From Camelus ferus (taxonomy: Eukaryota): a DNA stretch of 64,000 bases. Each line of letters opens with the position of its first letter. Within the stretch, counting starts at the first letter, position 1. Location of the stretch: the NCBI RefSeq assembly GCF_009834535.1, contig NC_045697.1:19098001-19162000 (forward strand), given 5' to 3'. The notes under the pieces are model-generated. The model saw only the letters and a list, made by a program, of their open reading frames with translations, was not told where the DNA came from and searched no databases. Shown piece by piece: positions 23,040 to 35,385 of the stretch. Both the position numbers and the translations under genes were made by a program.

Positions 23040-24292
23040 ATTTTTAATTGAGGTATATTTGATGTACAATATTGTATAAGTTTCAGGTGTACAACATAGT
23101 GATTCACAATTTTTAAAGGTTATATTCCACTTATAGTTATTATAAAATATTGGTTGTATTCCCTGTGTTGTACAGTATACCCTTTAGCTTATTTATTTTA
23201 CATATAATAGTTTGTATCTCTTAATTTCCCACCCATATCTTGCCCCTCCTCCCTTCCCTCTCCCGACTGGTAACCACTAGTTTGTTCTCTATATTTGTGA
23301 GTCTGTTTCATTTTTTGTTCTATTCAGTGGTTTATTTTTTCAGATTCCACATATAAGTGATGGCATACATTAACCCCTTATTGGTCATATCATTTGCAAA
23401 TATTTTCTCCCATTCAGTAGGTTGTCTTTTTGTTTTGTTGATGATTGTGTTTCTTGGAGAAAAGCTTTTAAATTTAATTAGGACCCATTTGTTTATTTTT
23501 GGTTTTATTTTCTTTGCTTTAGGAGACTGATCCAAAAATCATTGCTATGATTTATGTTTAAGAGTGTTCTGCCTGTTTTCTTCTATGAGTTTTATAGCTT
23601 CTGGTCTTACACTTAGGTCTTTAATCAGCTTTCAGGTCATTTTTGTATTGGTGTTAGAGAATGTTCTGATTTCATTCTCTTACATGTAGCTGTCCGGTTT
23701 TTCCAGGACCACTTATGGTAGAAACTGTCTTCTATTGTATATTCTTGCATCTTTTGTTGTAGATTAATTGATCATAATTGTGTGGGTTTGTATCTGGGTC
23801 CTCTACCCTGTTCTGTTGAGCTATGTGTCTGTTTTTGTACCATACTGTTTTGATGACTCTAGTTTGTAGTATAGTCTGTGTAGTATAGGGAGTGTGATTC
23901 CTCTGGTGCTTTTCTTTCTCAAGATTATTTTCGATATTTGGGATATTTTGTGTTTCCATACAAATTTTAAAATTATTTGTTCTAACTCTATGAAAAGTTC
24001 CCTTGGTATTTTGATAGTTATTGCATTGAAACTGTAGATTGCCTTGGGTATTATGGTCATTTTAACAATATTAGTTCTTCCAGTTCAGGAACATGGTATA
24101 TCTTGTGTTGTCTTCAGTTTCTTTCATCAACGTCTTATAGTTTTTTAAGTATAAATCTTTTGCCCTCTTAGGTAGGTTTATTCCTACATATTTTATTGTT
24201 TTTGATGTAATTGAAATGGAATTGCTTCCTTAATTTCTCTTTCTGACAGTTTGTTATTAGTGTATAAAAATGTAACAAATTTCTGTGTATTT
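23040..24292 (-). mobile_element. LINE-1 (3' UTR plus ORF2 fragment, with an internal deletion)
   Basis: ORF-track peptides [17 protein letters not shown]...[13 protein letters not shown] and KINKWVLIKFKSF...KRQPTEWEKIFAND are L1 ORF2. The 3' UTR spans 23040-23365. Confidence 0.9.
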
Positions 24293-25559
24293 GTTTTTTA
24301 AAAGGAAATGACTGTGGTAGCTTATCTAGTAGCATTCTTGCATTTTCTAAAAATATCTATTAGAATATTTATTACAAGTGCTTGTTATACATTTGTAGTA
24401 TTAAAAAAAAGCTCCTCCCCTTTCCCCTTCTTTGGAGCAAGGTATAATATAGATGAACATAGTTCTTTTTCATTCACTCTTTTGTATTACTTTTAGTCTT
24501 CGTTAACAAACAAACAAAAAATACAAGCAAGCAAACGAACAAACAAAACTTCAGTGACTTTTATGTGCCAGTCACCAAATTAAATGTTTGAAGTTTTAGG
24601 ATTAATAAGCTATTGACCCTGCCTTGTTTTCTAGGTGGAGATATACCAATTTAAAGGGTGATGATACTTTGTTATGAGGGTATATAGGTATATAGTATAT
24701 GTGTTGTATTTAACAGAATTACAAAGATAGAGCTCCTAACTTTGATGTAGAGAGGTGGGTTATTAATGAAGAGGTCCCCCCTCCTCTACAGTGTTAAGTA
24801 TTCACTGAGAATATATAAGAGTTTGTCAGATAGGAGAAATTATAGTGGTGTGAGAGGAGTAAGCTGAGTTGGAAATGACATTGATCATAGACATCGTCAT
24901 TTGAGAATGCTAGATGGAGATTGTGAATTACCAAATACCCAGGATGGCAGAGTCAGTGGTCAGCCTGCTTGTAGTGTGCCAACATCCATATTTGCATGTG
25001 GGATTCAAATTCATGCCTGGCATTTTTATATTTTATCTCATTTAATCCTTATAGAAGCCTTGTGAAGTTATTGTCATCTCCATAATAAATTATCCCATAT
25101 AATGGAGATTAGGATTGCTCTCAAATAGTTTATACTTTAAAAATCCTTCAGTGCCAAGGATTTTTATGATAAAACCTAGGGTGTGATTGGAAGTAAATTA
25201 GAAAATGAGGCTGGAGATGTAGCAGAGTTAAACTTTCTGATTAATGTTAAATTCTAGATCTTCATTGTTCAAGGAATCTTAAGAGTTCCTTCTTCATTTA
25301 TCTTTGGTAAATAACCAGTTTTTCACTTCTTGAAGTTTTGCTATTAAATATTTTGACATCTTAAAAAATATTCATTTAAAATGTATAATTTCTAGGGCTT
25401 AAGACAAATGACTTAAAAAAATTGGTATTCTCAGTTAGTGGGTAATTCTTATTTGTGCTTTGTTTTCATGAATATTCCTTAAGGCTGGAATGTAATTTTT
25501 AAGAAACATGGCATTTTATATCTTAAATTTTTATTTGCACTGTAAGTCTGTTCCAGCTT

Positions 25560-25770
25560 TCATACAGTGTGATTGAGAGCATAGCCTCTAGACTAGAGCA
25601 GGATTTCCTAGGCTTGAGTCCCAGTCTGACAGTGGTTTTGTAATTTAGGGTAGGTGATTTAACTTATTAGAACCGAAATTTCCTTATCTCTAAAATGGGT
25701 TTGAAGTATAAATGAGTTAATCGGTATAAAGTGCTTAGAGTCTGGCAGGTGTAAGTGTTCAATTACTGGT
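25560..25770 (+). mobile_element. MIR SINE
   Basis: GAGTCCCAGTCTG...TTCCTTATCTCTAAAATGGG...TAAAGTGCTTAGAGTCTGGCA. Confidence 0.65.
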
Positions 25771-26294
25771 GACTTATTTTTTTTTTTTAAACCTGTAGAT
25801 ACAGATGTAGGAAAATTGTAGAAATGGGCTGGGATATATTGAGGAGTATTGTTAAGATGTTTATATGCATTTAAAAAAGTAAGAAGACATACTTTGAGTC
25901 ACTTGTGATCTAAATAACCATTAATGGTCTAAGATTAGTTAACATTTTATAGAAATATGAAACTAAGTGTAGACAGTGCAATTGAGGAGTACTGTGGTAT
26001 TTTTAAAAAGTTGTATTATTAACTTAAGTCATTTTGTACCTTTATTATTTTATAATTAAAGTATCTGAAGCATTTAGCAGTTGTAACAGCAGTCTGAAAA
26101 ATCTTTAATTTCTGAGTATAAAGATTTATTATGGGAAAATTAGAACATATAGAAACGTATAAAGTAGAAAACATACCTGCCTCAGCAACTAGGCATAACA
26201 GTTATAACACCAGTCACAGTCTTTTTAAGGTCTTTTTTATATTCTTATATATATTTAATAACAGACTCAGAGTGTTTTTCTCTTAATGTGAAAT

Positions 26295-27660
26295 TACTCA
26301 GTAAATATTTGAATGTTGACTATATTACAGACATATGATAAGTATGGGGGACACAGTGATGAACAAGATTGATAAGGTCTTTGTCCCCATGGAGCTTGCA
26401 TTTTGTTTGGGAAGATGAGGGGAAAAAGCAGTATTTTAATTTGCGAGAAATGCTACCAAGGAACAAAAGAGACATAGAGAATAATGCGGATAGTGTGGGG
26501 ACATCTATTATTTTATATAGTTTGGTTAGGGAAGGCTTCTGAGAAGGTCACATTTAAGATGACATCTGAAGGATAATAAAGAGCCAAGTCTGTGAAGAAT
26601 TAGGGAACAGTGTTCAGCTCAGGAGTAAAAGGATGGACAAAGACCTTGAGGCAAGAAAGAATTTGAATTATTTGAAGAAATGAAAGAGTAACATTTTGAC
26701 TGAGCATCTTGAAGGAGGGGGAGAGGAGCATGCAATCTGGCTGTACAGTGGGAAGGGCCAGATGGTGCAAAGCCTCATAGACCTTGTTTGGGGTTTATTC
26801 AAGGGGTGATAGGAAGCAGTTTAAGGAGGGGAGTGAAGTGATTTGATTGATTTTTGTTTGGCATGTTGTCTGTTTTATACTGTGGAAAAAACACATAACA
26901 TAAAATTTACCATCTTAACCATTTTTAAATGCATAGTTCAGTAGTGTTAAGCATATTCACTACTGTTCTACTTTCTGTTTCTGTGAACTTGACTACTTTA
27001 GATACCTTACATAAGTGGAATTATACAGTATTTGTGACTAGCTTATGTGTTTTAACATAAAGTCCTTGAAGGTTCATCCATGTTGTAGCATGTGACAGGA
27101 CTTCCTTCCTTCTTAAGTCTGAATAATATTCTATTGTATGTATATACCACATTCTTAATGTCCATTCATCTGTTGACAGACTCTTGGGTTGCTTCTACTT
27201 CTTGGCTGTTGTAAATAGTGCTGTGAATGTGGATGTACAATATCTCTTCAAGATTCTGCTTTCAGTTTTTCTGGATATAGTCAGTGATGGGGATTGCCAG
27301 ATCATATGATTCTGTTTTTAATTTTTTGAGGAAGCTCATACTGTTTTCCTTAGTGGTTGTATCATTTTATAATCCCACTAACAGAGCACAAGGGTTCCAG
27401 TTGCTCCATGATTTATATTTTAAACTTTTCTTTGGCTGCTGTTGGGGAATGAAATTGTTGGGAGCAAGAGTGACCATAGGGAGATGGCCTAGAGGAGTAG
27501 TTATTAGGAGTCTAGTTGAGAGTTAATAATGGCTTAGACTAGAATGGTGGGAGAAAAGGAGGGGTTAAGATATTTTGGAATTCGTATCTACTTGACTTGC
27601 TGATAAACTGGGAAACAGGAGTGAAAGAAAGGGAGGAATCAAGGATAACTCTTAGATGGT
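26295..27660 (-). mobile_element. LINE-2 interrupted by an L1M 3' fragment (~26870-27410)
   Basis: L2: CTCAGTAAATATTTGAATG...CCCCATGGAGCTTGCATT...GGTTAGGGAAGGCTTC. L1M: CATAAAATTTACCATCTTAACCATTTTTAA...GTTCATCCATGTTGTAGCATGTG. Confidence 0.75.
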
Positions 27661-29934
27661 TAACTTCAAGGTTCCTAATGACGTCTGTGATGCTAATGCA
27701 GGTAATCTTTCCCAGAAGCCCTCAATATATTTCTTCTCATGTCCCATTGGTCAGTCCTGGGTTATTGAACAATGGAAATAGGATTTCCCTAGTTTAGATC
27801 AACCGTGTTTCATTGTCCTAGGGCTGGTGGAGTAGCCCATCTTCCTGAGCACATTGCTGCCCCATATTTGAACAAAATGGAATTTCTCTTAGGAAGGAAG
27901 AAGGGAAGGAATAACACATAGTTAATTATTTTGTGAGCTTTGGGGAAGCATCTTGACCTCTTTTGCCTCATTTGGAAAATGAGAGTAAAACTGCCTCACA
28001 GAGTTGTGAGGACTCAGTAAAATAGTGCTTAACAGGGAGTAAATGCTGAATTAATGATTTTTATTGAATCTTTTTATTGAATCTTTACGTGATTCTCCCC
28101 CTCTCCCAACCATCTTTGTTTTGACTTTGTATTTCTATTAACTATACCACTGTTTTCTGATCATCCAAACTAAAATTCTAGGAGTTACATTTGACCTTTT
28201 CCCCATTTCTTCCATTCTTATTGCTACCACACTGTTCCTGAACGGAATCATTTGTGCTAGAGGAGGCAGTTCAGTAATCTTACAACTCCTCTTGTACTCT
28301 TATATACTAGTTCATTAATAAAACTTTTATTATTTTCCATTTATACTAAATTAAATTTAAACTTGTTATGAAGTTCATAATGGACACAAACTCCTGCTAG
28401 TCTTCTGCATGTCATAAATACACTCTAACAAAATTAGCCACTCCTTGTTCTTTGAACACACCTCATTTCCTCCTTTATTCCTTTCCTTACATGTTTCCCT
28501 CATGCTCGAGTGTCCTCTTAATCTCTGAAGGTCCAAACTAAATGTTTATTCAGTCAGTAAATATTGATACTATTCTGTGTTTAGCACACTGTTGTAAGAA
28601 TTGGAGGTATAATGGTAGGCAGAAATTGACATGGTTCCTGCTATTCCATGTTTCTTTTGTTGTAAAGTTTTTCCAGAGTCATCTTCAATAAGACATGACT
28701 TCTTCCCCCTTGGAACTTTCTTAATAGATTGTTTATACCCTTCTTATCACAATTCTGATAGGCGGTATCTGTCTACTTACATTGTTTTGCAGTGGTTCTT
28801 TCTTTTTAACTCAGTTGAGGTATCTATTTTGGTATCTTTCTCTTGAAAGTTGTACCATAGTCTTGTAAATACTTTCTGACTTGAAGCTTTGCCTTTGATT
28901 GTAATCTGTTGCAATTGCTACCTTACATCTGTTTAATGATTAATGGTTTACAAATATCCCAAAGTATCCAGCACTTTAACATATATGGGTAGTTAGAGTG
29001 GAATACATATAACTTAATCACTGACATCTTATCAAACATGTCTCTGTTGGTATTGCAAAATTTTATATGTTAAATATTTTGGGGAAGAGCTGTAGCACAT
29101 CTTTTCTTGTGACCACTAACTTCTAGTGGAAAAATGTTCCAGGATCAGCTTTCAGTCTTTCACTTTTATAAAGCGGTTTATAAAGCAGCATATGAGCAGT
29201 TATGATTAATACATTATTCAGTTGGCTTAAGTCATGGACTCTTCTTTAATTAATAATTTCACATCTTTTTGAAAGAGTTTAGGGAAATTAAAACAATGTA
29301 ATTATTAAAAAGGATAGAATTTTATTCAACTTGTAATCTCACAGGCTTTAAAACATTTAAAAAGTGCTAGTTAATGTGAAATTAAGAGTAGTAAAGTCAG
29401 TAAGTATTAGGCAAGGACTGTGAGATTTCACTGTGCTGCTTAGTTGGGGAGTGTATTTATTTAACAAATATTTAAATGCCTACTTTAAATTACTAGACAT
29501 TTCTTAGGTGCTGCAGAAATACAGAGAACTGAACAAATGATGTCTCTGCTCTCATGATTTCACATTTAATGCTCTACTTGTTGTGCAGTTGTGGTTTTGC
29601 TATATACAGGGTGTGGTCTTTGGACAGATTAGTGACCACCACACTTTATGATTGCCACTAAGCCCAGTATTCACTGATTCCTTTGTAACTGAAGTTGGGT
29701 GGTACGTTGGTTTTATTTATCAATCTTTTTTACTCATTTGTAATATCAGTTATACAAGTCATGATAAATCTCTTTGAGTCTTATACAAAGCATATGTAAA
29801 TACATGTATTCTAAAATCAACTTTAATCCAATATTATAGACCTAGAACTAGAATCCAAAATCTGTTAACTCCTGGTCTTGTTTTTGCCATATGCGATATA
29901 ATATTTCTTTATGGAATCTATCTTTTTTTCTCAT

Positions 29935-30062
29935 TTTCCCCTCCCTTCCTTCCTTCCTTCTTACCTTCCTTCCTCCCTTCCTTCCCTTCCTTTACTCCCC
30001 TCCTGCCCCTCCATTCCCCTCCCCTCCTGCCTCTCCTTTCCCTTCCCCTCCCCCTTCACCCA
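29935..30062. repeat. Polypyrimidine low-complexity tract (CCTT/CCCCT)
   Basis: Read directly from the sequence. Confidence 0.9.
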
Positions 30063-32259
30063 CCACAGTCCACCCCTTGCTTGATGTTGCCGCCCCTGCT
30101 TGTCATGACCCCATCTGCTCTCCTAGTGCCGGCTTCTGCCCTCAGCCCACGCTTCTGCCTTGTTAAAGGTGTGTGGTTAACTGTACATTTGATGCCTCCT
30201 TGGAAGCCTCTTTTTGGGTGATGCAGCTGTGTGCAGACACTAGGCCATCCATTTTTCTGAGCCTATACCTCTGAGCCTGCTATACCTCTGTCAGTTTTTG
30301 TATTTTTATTTGCAGCTCTTGGAATTTACTCAGATTTCCTCTTCTTTTTCTTCATTTTAGCTTTTATTAATTTTTTCTATGTTAGTATGTTTGCTACCAT
30401 TTGTAGAGTCTTAAAAAGAAAATTACCAAAATCAGTACATATTGTGTGCCTTAATATGTACTTCTAAATTAAAAATTTATTTTACCTTTGGAGTCTACTT
30501 TAAAATGTCATAGAAACATGCGGATATGTTGGCCCTCTGAATTTAGTCAAAACAAAAATAAACGATAGATTGCTTAAACTTGATCATAAAATTATTACCT
30601 AGCTTTTATTGTGTACTGAAAATTTAGTTTTACATTTTGAAAGTCTTTAAAAATTCATTTTCAGGTATGTGGCTGATAGTCATATATTATTCATCATAAG
30701 CCTTGTATATTTAACTATTAATAATTAGGACTTTTTTCATATTCTAGATTAATAAAGGAATAAAAACTTGTTATGATATTCTGGAACCTCAAATTTATAA
30801 TGAAACAACATGGGAATAGGCTTTGCTTAGGAAATAAAAGATAATAAGATAAATAAGTCTTTTTTTGTCTTCATTCAGCTTTTTAAGATTTCTAGATAAA
30901 CAGCAGCTGTTTTTGGTTAAATACAAATTCCAGTGCAAGACATAATATGTTTATAGATAATTCCTTTCTAATCATGATTAAGATGTTCCTAGCACAATTT
31001 GAAATTGAAGTACTAAGATCTTATGGGAAAAATAAGCTTTGAAGTAAGGATCAATAGACACATGAAAGTCTATTTAATGTTTATATTTGCTGAAGGAAAA
31101 TACCATAGTAAAAAATCATTTGCATGTTCTAAATTAGTAATTCAGAAAAGTGAATTTCTATTTATTGTCCTTCTGTTATAAGGAAGTGTTCAGAATTTCC
31201 TTCTATAACTTGTGAGATGCTCGAAAACTCATTTTAGATTATAATATGTAAACTAAGGAGCATATTAGTATGCTCCTTAATGTTTAGTCCATTGAAAAGT
31301 TAGACATCCTTGTTTGTTAATGGAATTGTTGCTTCTTACCTCTTAGGGTCCACAGTGGTACCAGACATACTGATTAACTTGGATAAATAAAATGGGAAAA
31401 GTTTTGGGTAAATTTATTTAGCAAGTCTTTGAATATCTCCACAACTGTAGCTTAGATATCTTCAGTAATTCCCAGGATATTGGTAAAACTCGAATTCTGC
31501 CTGTAGGAACCTTGGATCAGGAGATATGAGGATGCTAAACATTCTGATTTGGCTCTGTTCCCACCACCTAAGTGGGTCTTTGGATCTTAGCACTTTCCCA
31601 GCCATTAGACATGGGAATACTTTTAAGGCCAGGTAGACTTTACCTAGGTTTCTTTTAATTCAAGATTGCACTTTAAAAGTTCTCAACTCTGGCTTTTCCC
31701 TGCTTTATTATTGTCAGTCTCTCTAGATCCCTCTTTTTTTCCAGTCTTCCCTCACACAAGTGTTTTCAATAGTGAAAATGATAAATCATAAATAAATTTG
31801 TGGTAGAAATATCACAAACTAGAATTACGATCCCAGAGGATTTACTAAATTCATATATAATTGTTTTTATAACTCATAACTAAATGCCTTAATTTAATGT
31901 ACTTGTTGAAAAATAAGTTTTTTTGGCCAAAATAATATAGTCTGAACATCCACATTTGTTTGGTGGCTATTGGGAAGAAACTATTAATACATGTTTGCTG
32001 GGTTATACTTCACAGTTTAAGTCGTTTTCATGTCTCGTCACATCTTGCTTCTGTTTTATCCTTTTCCTCTAGTTCATTTTTATGTGGAGATAGTAAATAA
32101 GGTCATATTTTTATAGATAATGGAAAATATTTTTATAATATCTGCAAAATACATAGTCTCCAGTAGCTAATTATTTCAAGCTGTATCTTTGTTGAAAACT
32201 TTTCCTCTAACTTGCTTGATTCAAGACATTCATAACTTCACAATTTTAAGTTTTCTGAC

Positions 32260-33650
32260 CTCCTTAGGTCTGTGGTTTGTTATCTTTATTTGATTTTGGA
32301 AAATCTCAACCATTTATCTTTTTAGATAATTCTCTTGTGCTATTTTTGTTCTTTGGGACTCCAATTAATTGTATGTTAGACCGTTTGATATTGTCCCACA
32401 ATTGTTGGGTACTCCCCCCCTTTTTTTAAGCACTCCTCCTTTTTTTTCTCTTTTTGCTTTGCTTTGAATAATTTCTATTGGCCTGTTTTAAGGTCACTGA
32501 TAATCCTATCAAGGGAATTCTCCAACTTTGCAATTACGTTTTTTAATTTTAGTATTATCATTTGACTCTCTTTTGTAGTTTCCATGTCTCTGCTGAAATC
32601 CTCCATCGGTTCATACATGTTGTCTAGATCCTTTAACATATTAATCTTTTCCTCTAGATCTTTTAATGTATTAATCATAGTTATTTTAGCATCCCTGCCT
32701 GGCATTTCTAACATCTGTGATACCTCTGTGTTTGGTTCTGTTGTTTGCTCTCTTGACAGTGGGTTTGTTTTCCTTGCTTTATTATTTATCTCATAATTTT
32801 TTAAAAATTAAATTTTATTTATTTATTTTTATACTTATTTTTTAATCAGTCTTTTTTTTGGAGATGGGGAGGTAATTAGGTTTTTATTTAATTTTTTTTT
32901 GTTAATGGAAGTACTGGTAATTGAACCCAGGACCTTGTGCATGCTAAGCACGTGCTCCACCACTGATCTGTACCCTCCCCTGCTATGTCTCATAAATTTT
33001 GATTGGATGATAGATCAGTTGAGACTGAGGTAAATGTTGTGTATGTCCAGAAATGGGTACACTTTTTCTATTAGACTATTCTATTAGACTGTCAGTTTGG
33101 TAGCTTGAGTCAGTTTTGTCACTAGTTGAGCTAGGTATGGCTCTGTCATTGTCACCTTCGCACTACAGACTTCACATTTGCCCAGTGGAGTGTTGCTGTT
33201 TGTGCTTTGTGTGGCCTGAATAATGCTCCTACACCACTGACAGCTGTCAGCAGCGTGGCTGCACTGTCGAGGGGCATGCTGTGTGTGCGCTAGGTTTGCG
33301 GTGGGAGTGGAGAAGTTCTTGGTTCTCCTGATCTACCTTCAGGCTTATGTAGGGCTTGTGAGCCTGGACCTTGGGAGTGGGGCTTTCTAAGTCTTCCTTT
33401 TCCCCTAGTGACAGCTAAACTCTGCCTTGTGTCCGAGGGAGGAGTGAGGCTAGAGGGAGTTTCCTGGCTCCTGTCCAGTGGTAGCTTACTGCTTAGCTCC
33501 AGTATGTGATTGTGGACCAAGTGGGCTTCTTGTCTTTCTCCTGAGGTAGTGGGCTTTTACTTCTCCCTCTCTCTCAGGAGCAGTGGGTCTTTGCCTGGGC
33601 CCTGGGGATGGGAGAGATACCCACTTCTCCTGGTCAGGGTTTCTCCCTCA
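32260..33650 (-). mobile_element. Old L1M ORF1 / 5' region fragment
   Basis: ORF 32475-32714 (KITMINTLKDLEEKIN...MEDFSRDMETTKESQMIILKLKN...LENSLDRIIS) resembles the L1 ORF1 coiled coil. The extent past 33000 is less certain. Confidence 0.7.
32800..32980 (-). mobile_element. tRNA-derived SINE, camelid vic-1 type (second copy)
   Basis: Reverse complement of GGGGAGGGTACAGATCAGTGG...GCTTAGCATGCACAAGGTCCTGGGTTCAAT...CCTAATTACCTCCCC. Flanks TCTCATAA at ~32789 and ~32988 suggest a TSD. Confidence 0.85.
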
Positions 33651-34679
33651 GACACTGACTAATGCTGGTTTTTGATATATGTCTCTGTGCTAATTCTTTC
33701 CACATTTTGAAATGTGTTCTCTTATCCTGGTATTCACTTGTATTCCCTATCTGGGTCTTGACTTCCTATTGATAATTGCTGCCCAGACCCCTCCATGGTC
33801 TAACTAAATTTCTAGTCTTGTGCTCTCTCTGCATTGCGTTCAGGTTGAGTCATTAACATTACTTAAGTAAAGTAATTACTGAAAAGGCAGTAAGCTTTTC
33901 AATTATTTTTGAGTCAGAAATTACCAGTTGTTTTAGTTGATCTCCTTGACTGTGTATAATACGAAACCCTCTAGACCTTGGATTGTTGTGTGATTTGCAC
34001 CAAAAAGTCTCTATTGAGGATTCCATCATTTTCCTTAGCTGATTTCACAATCTAATGGTTGTCACAGTTTTTATTCTTCATTGCTCACCTGTGGTGTAGA
34101 GTGCATGGTTTTGTAGAGATGAGTCAGATGACCTGGGTTTAAATCCCTGCTCTACCATTTATTTTATCTGTCTATTTATCCACGACATGTTTATTGACTC
34201 CCTTCTCTATTCTGGGTGCAGAGTCATCACTATGACTTCTGGCAGCTTTAATTTATTGAGCACAGTCATTGTGTTAAGTGTTTTTCATAGGTTCATATTT
34301 AATCCTTCCAACAACTCTATCAGAGCCGTAGGGTTTTTTTTTGTTTTTTTTTTGTTTTTTTTTTGTTTTTTTTTTGGTAGTAATTATTTGAGGAAATACT
34401 GAATAATTATTTTAGGAAACTGAAGGCCTGAATAGTTAAGAATCATGCCCACAACCTCTAGATAATAAGAGAAGCAAACTTTCCACAAACATTATAATGT
34501 TAATCTGATAGTACTTCATAATATACTTAACTCTTCCTCTATTACTAGGATCACACCTTAAGTTTTAGTTTTATAAATAATGATTCAGCCAGACTCCTAG
34601 GGGCTATATACTTGATTGTTCTGAGTTCTCATTTACTGCATCTAGACCATCCGTCAGTAAATACTATGGGTTCTGACTA

Positions 34680-35385
34680 TCCACATACAGTTTGAGTTTC
34701 TCCACTTTTCCGTATCACCATTGCCATCACTCTGGTCCAGGTCCCCATTTCCCCTCCCCGGATTCCTGGAGCAGCTTCCTAACTTCTTGTTATTGCTCTT
34801 GACTTTCCAGTCTGTTCTCTCCAAAGCCTGTAAAAATGCACATAAGATCATTTCCTTCCCCCTTCAGTGGCTTTCCTTTGTAATTACAATAAAATAGAAA
34901 CATTTTATCCTTGCCTGCAAATCCCTGCTTGTTCTGGCCCCTGCCTACCTCTCCATATTAATCTCTTTTCATCTTTTTACCCAACACTGATTTCCTTTCT
35001 GCTGCTAAAATATGCCAGACTCTGCCTGTTTCTGAGTCTTGGCACTTGAGGTTTCCTGTCTTCACTGTTCCTCTATTCCACATCAGCTTTTTGCATGGCC
35101 GACTTTAGTTTTTGGTTTTGTATCTTTCTCAGAAAGACCTTTTTTGGTGACCACCTATACTATCAGTCTCCTTCCTTCCTCTCCCCAGTAAATACACAAA
35201 GCACTTTTAACACTTAGATACACTTAGAGCTAGAAATTATATTTTAATACATTTATTAACTTACTCTCTGTACTTACCCATAGAATTGTCAGCTCCTAAA
35301 GAATTGGACCCTTGTCTCTCTTGTTCGTATATTACCTAAATGGTGTCATAGGTAATCTGTAAAACTTTTTGGATAATGAATGCCT
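34680..35385 (+). mobile_element. LINE-2 3' portion
   Basis: CATCACTCTGGTCCAGG...TCTGGCCCCTGCCTACCTCTCC...TAGAATTGTCAGCTCC...AATGAATG. Confidence 0.7.
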
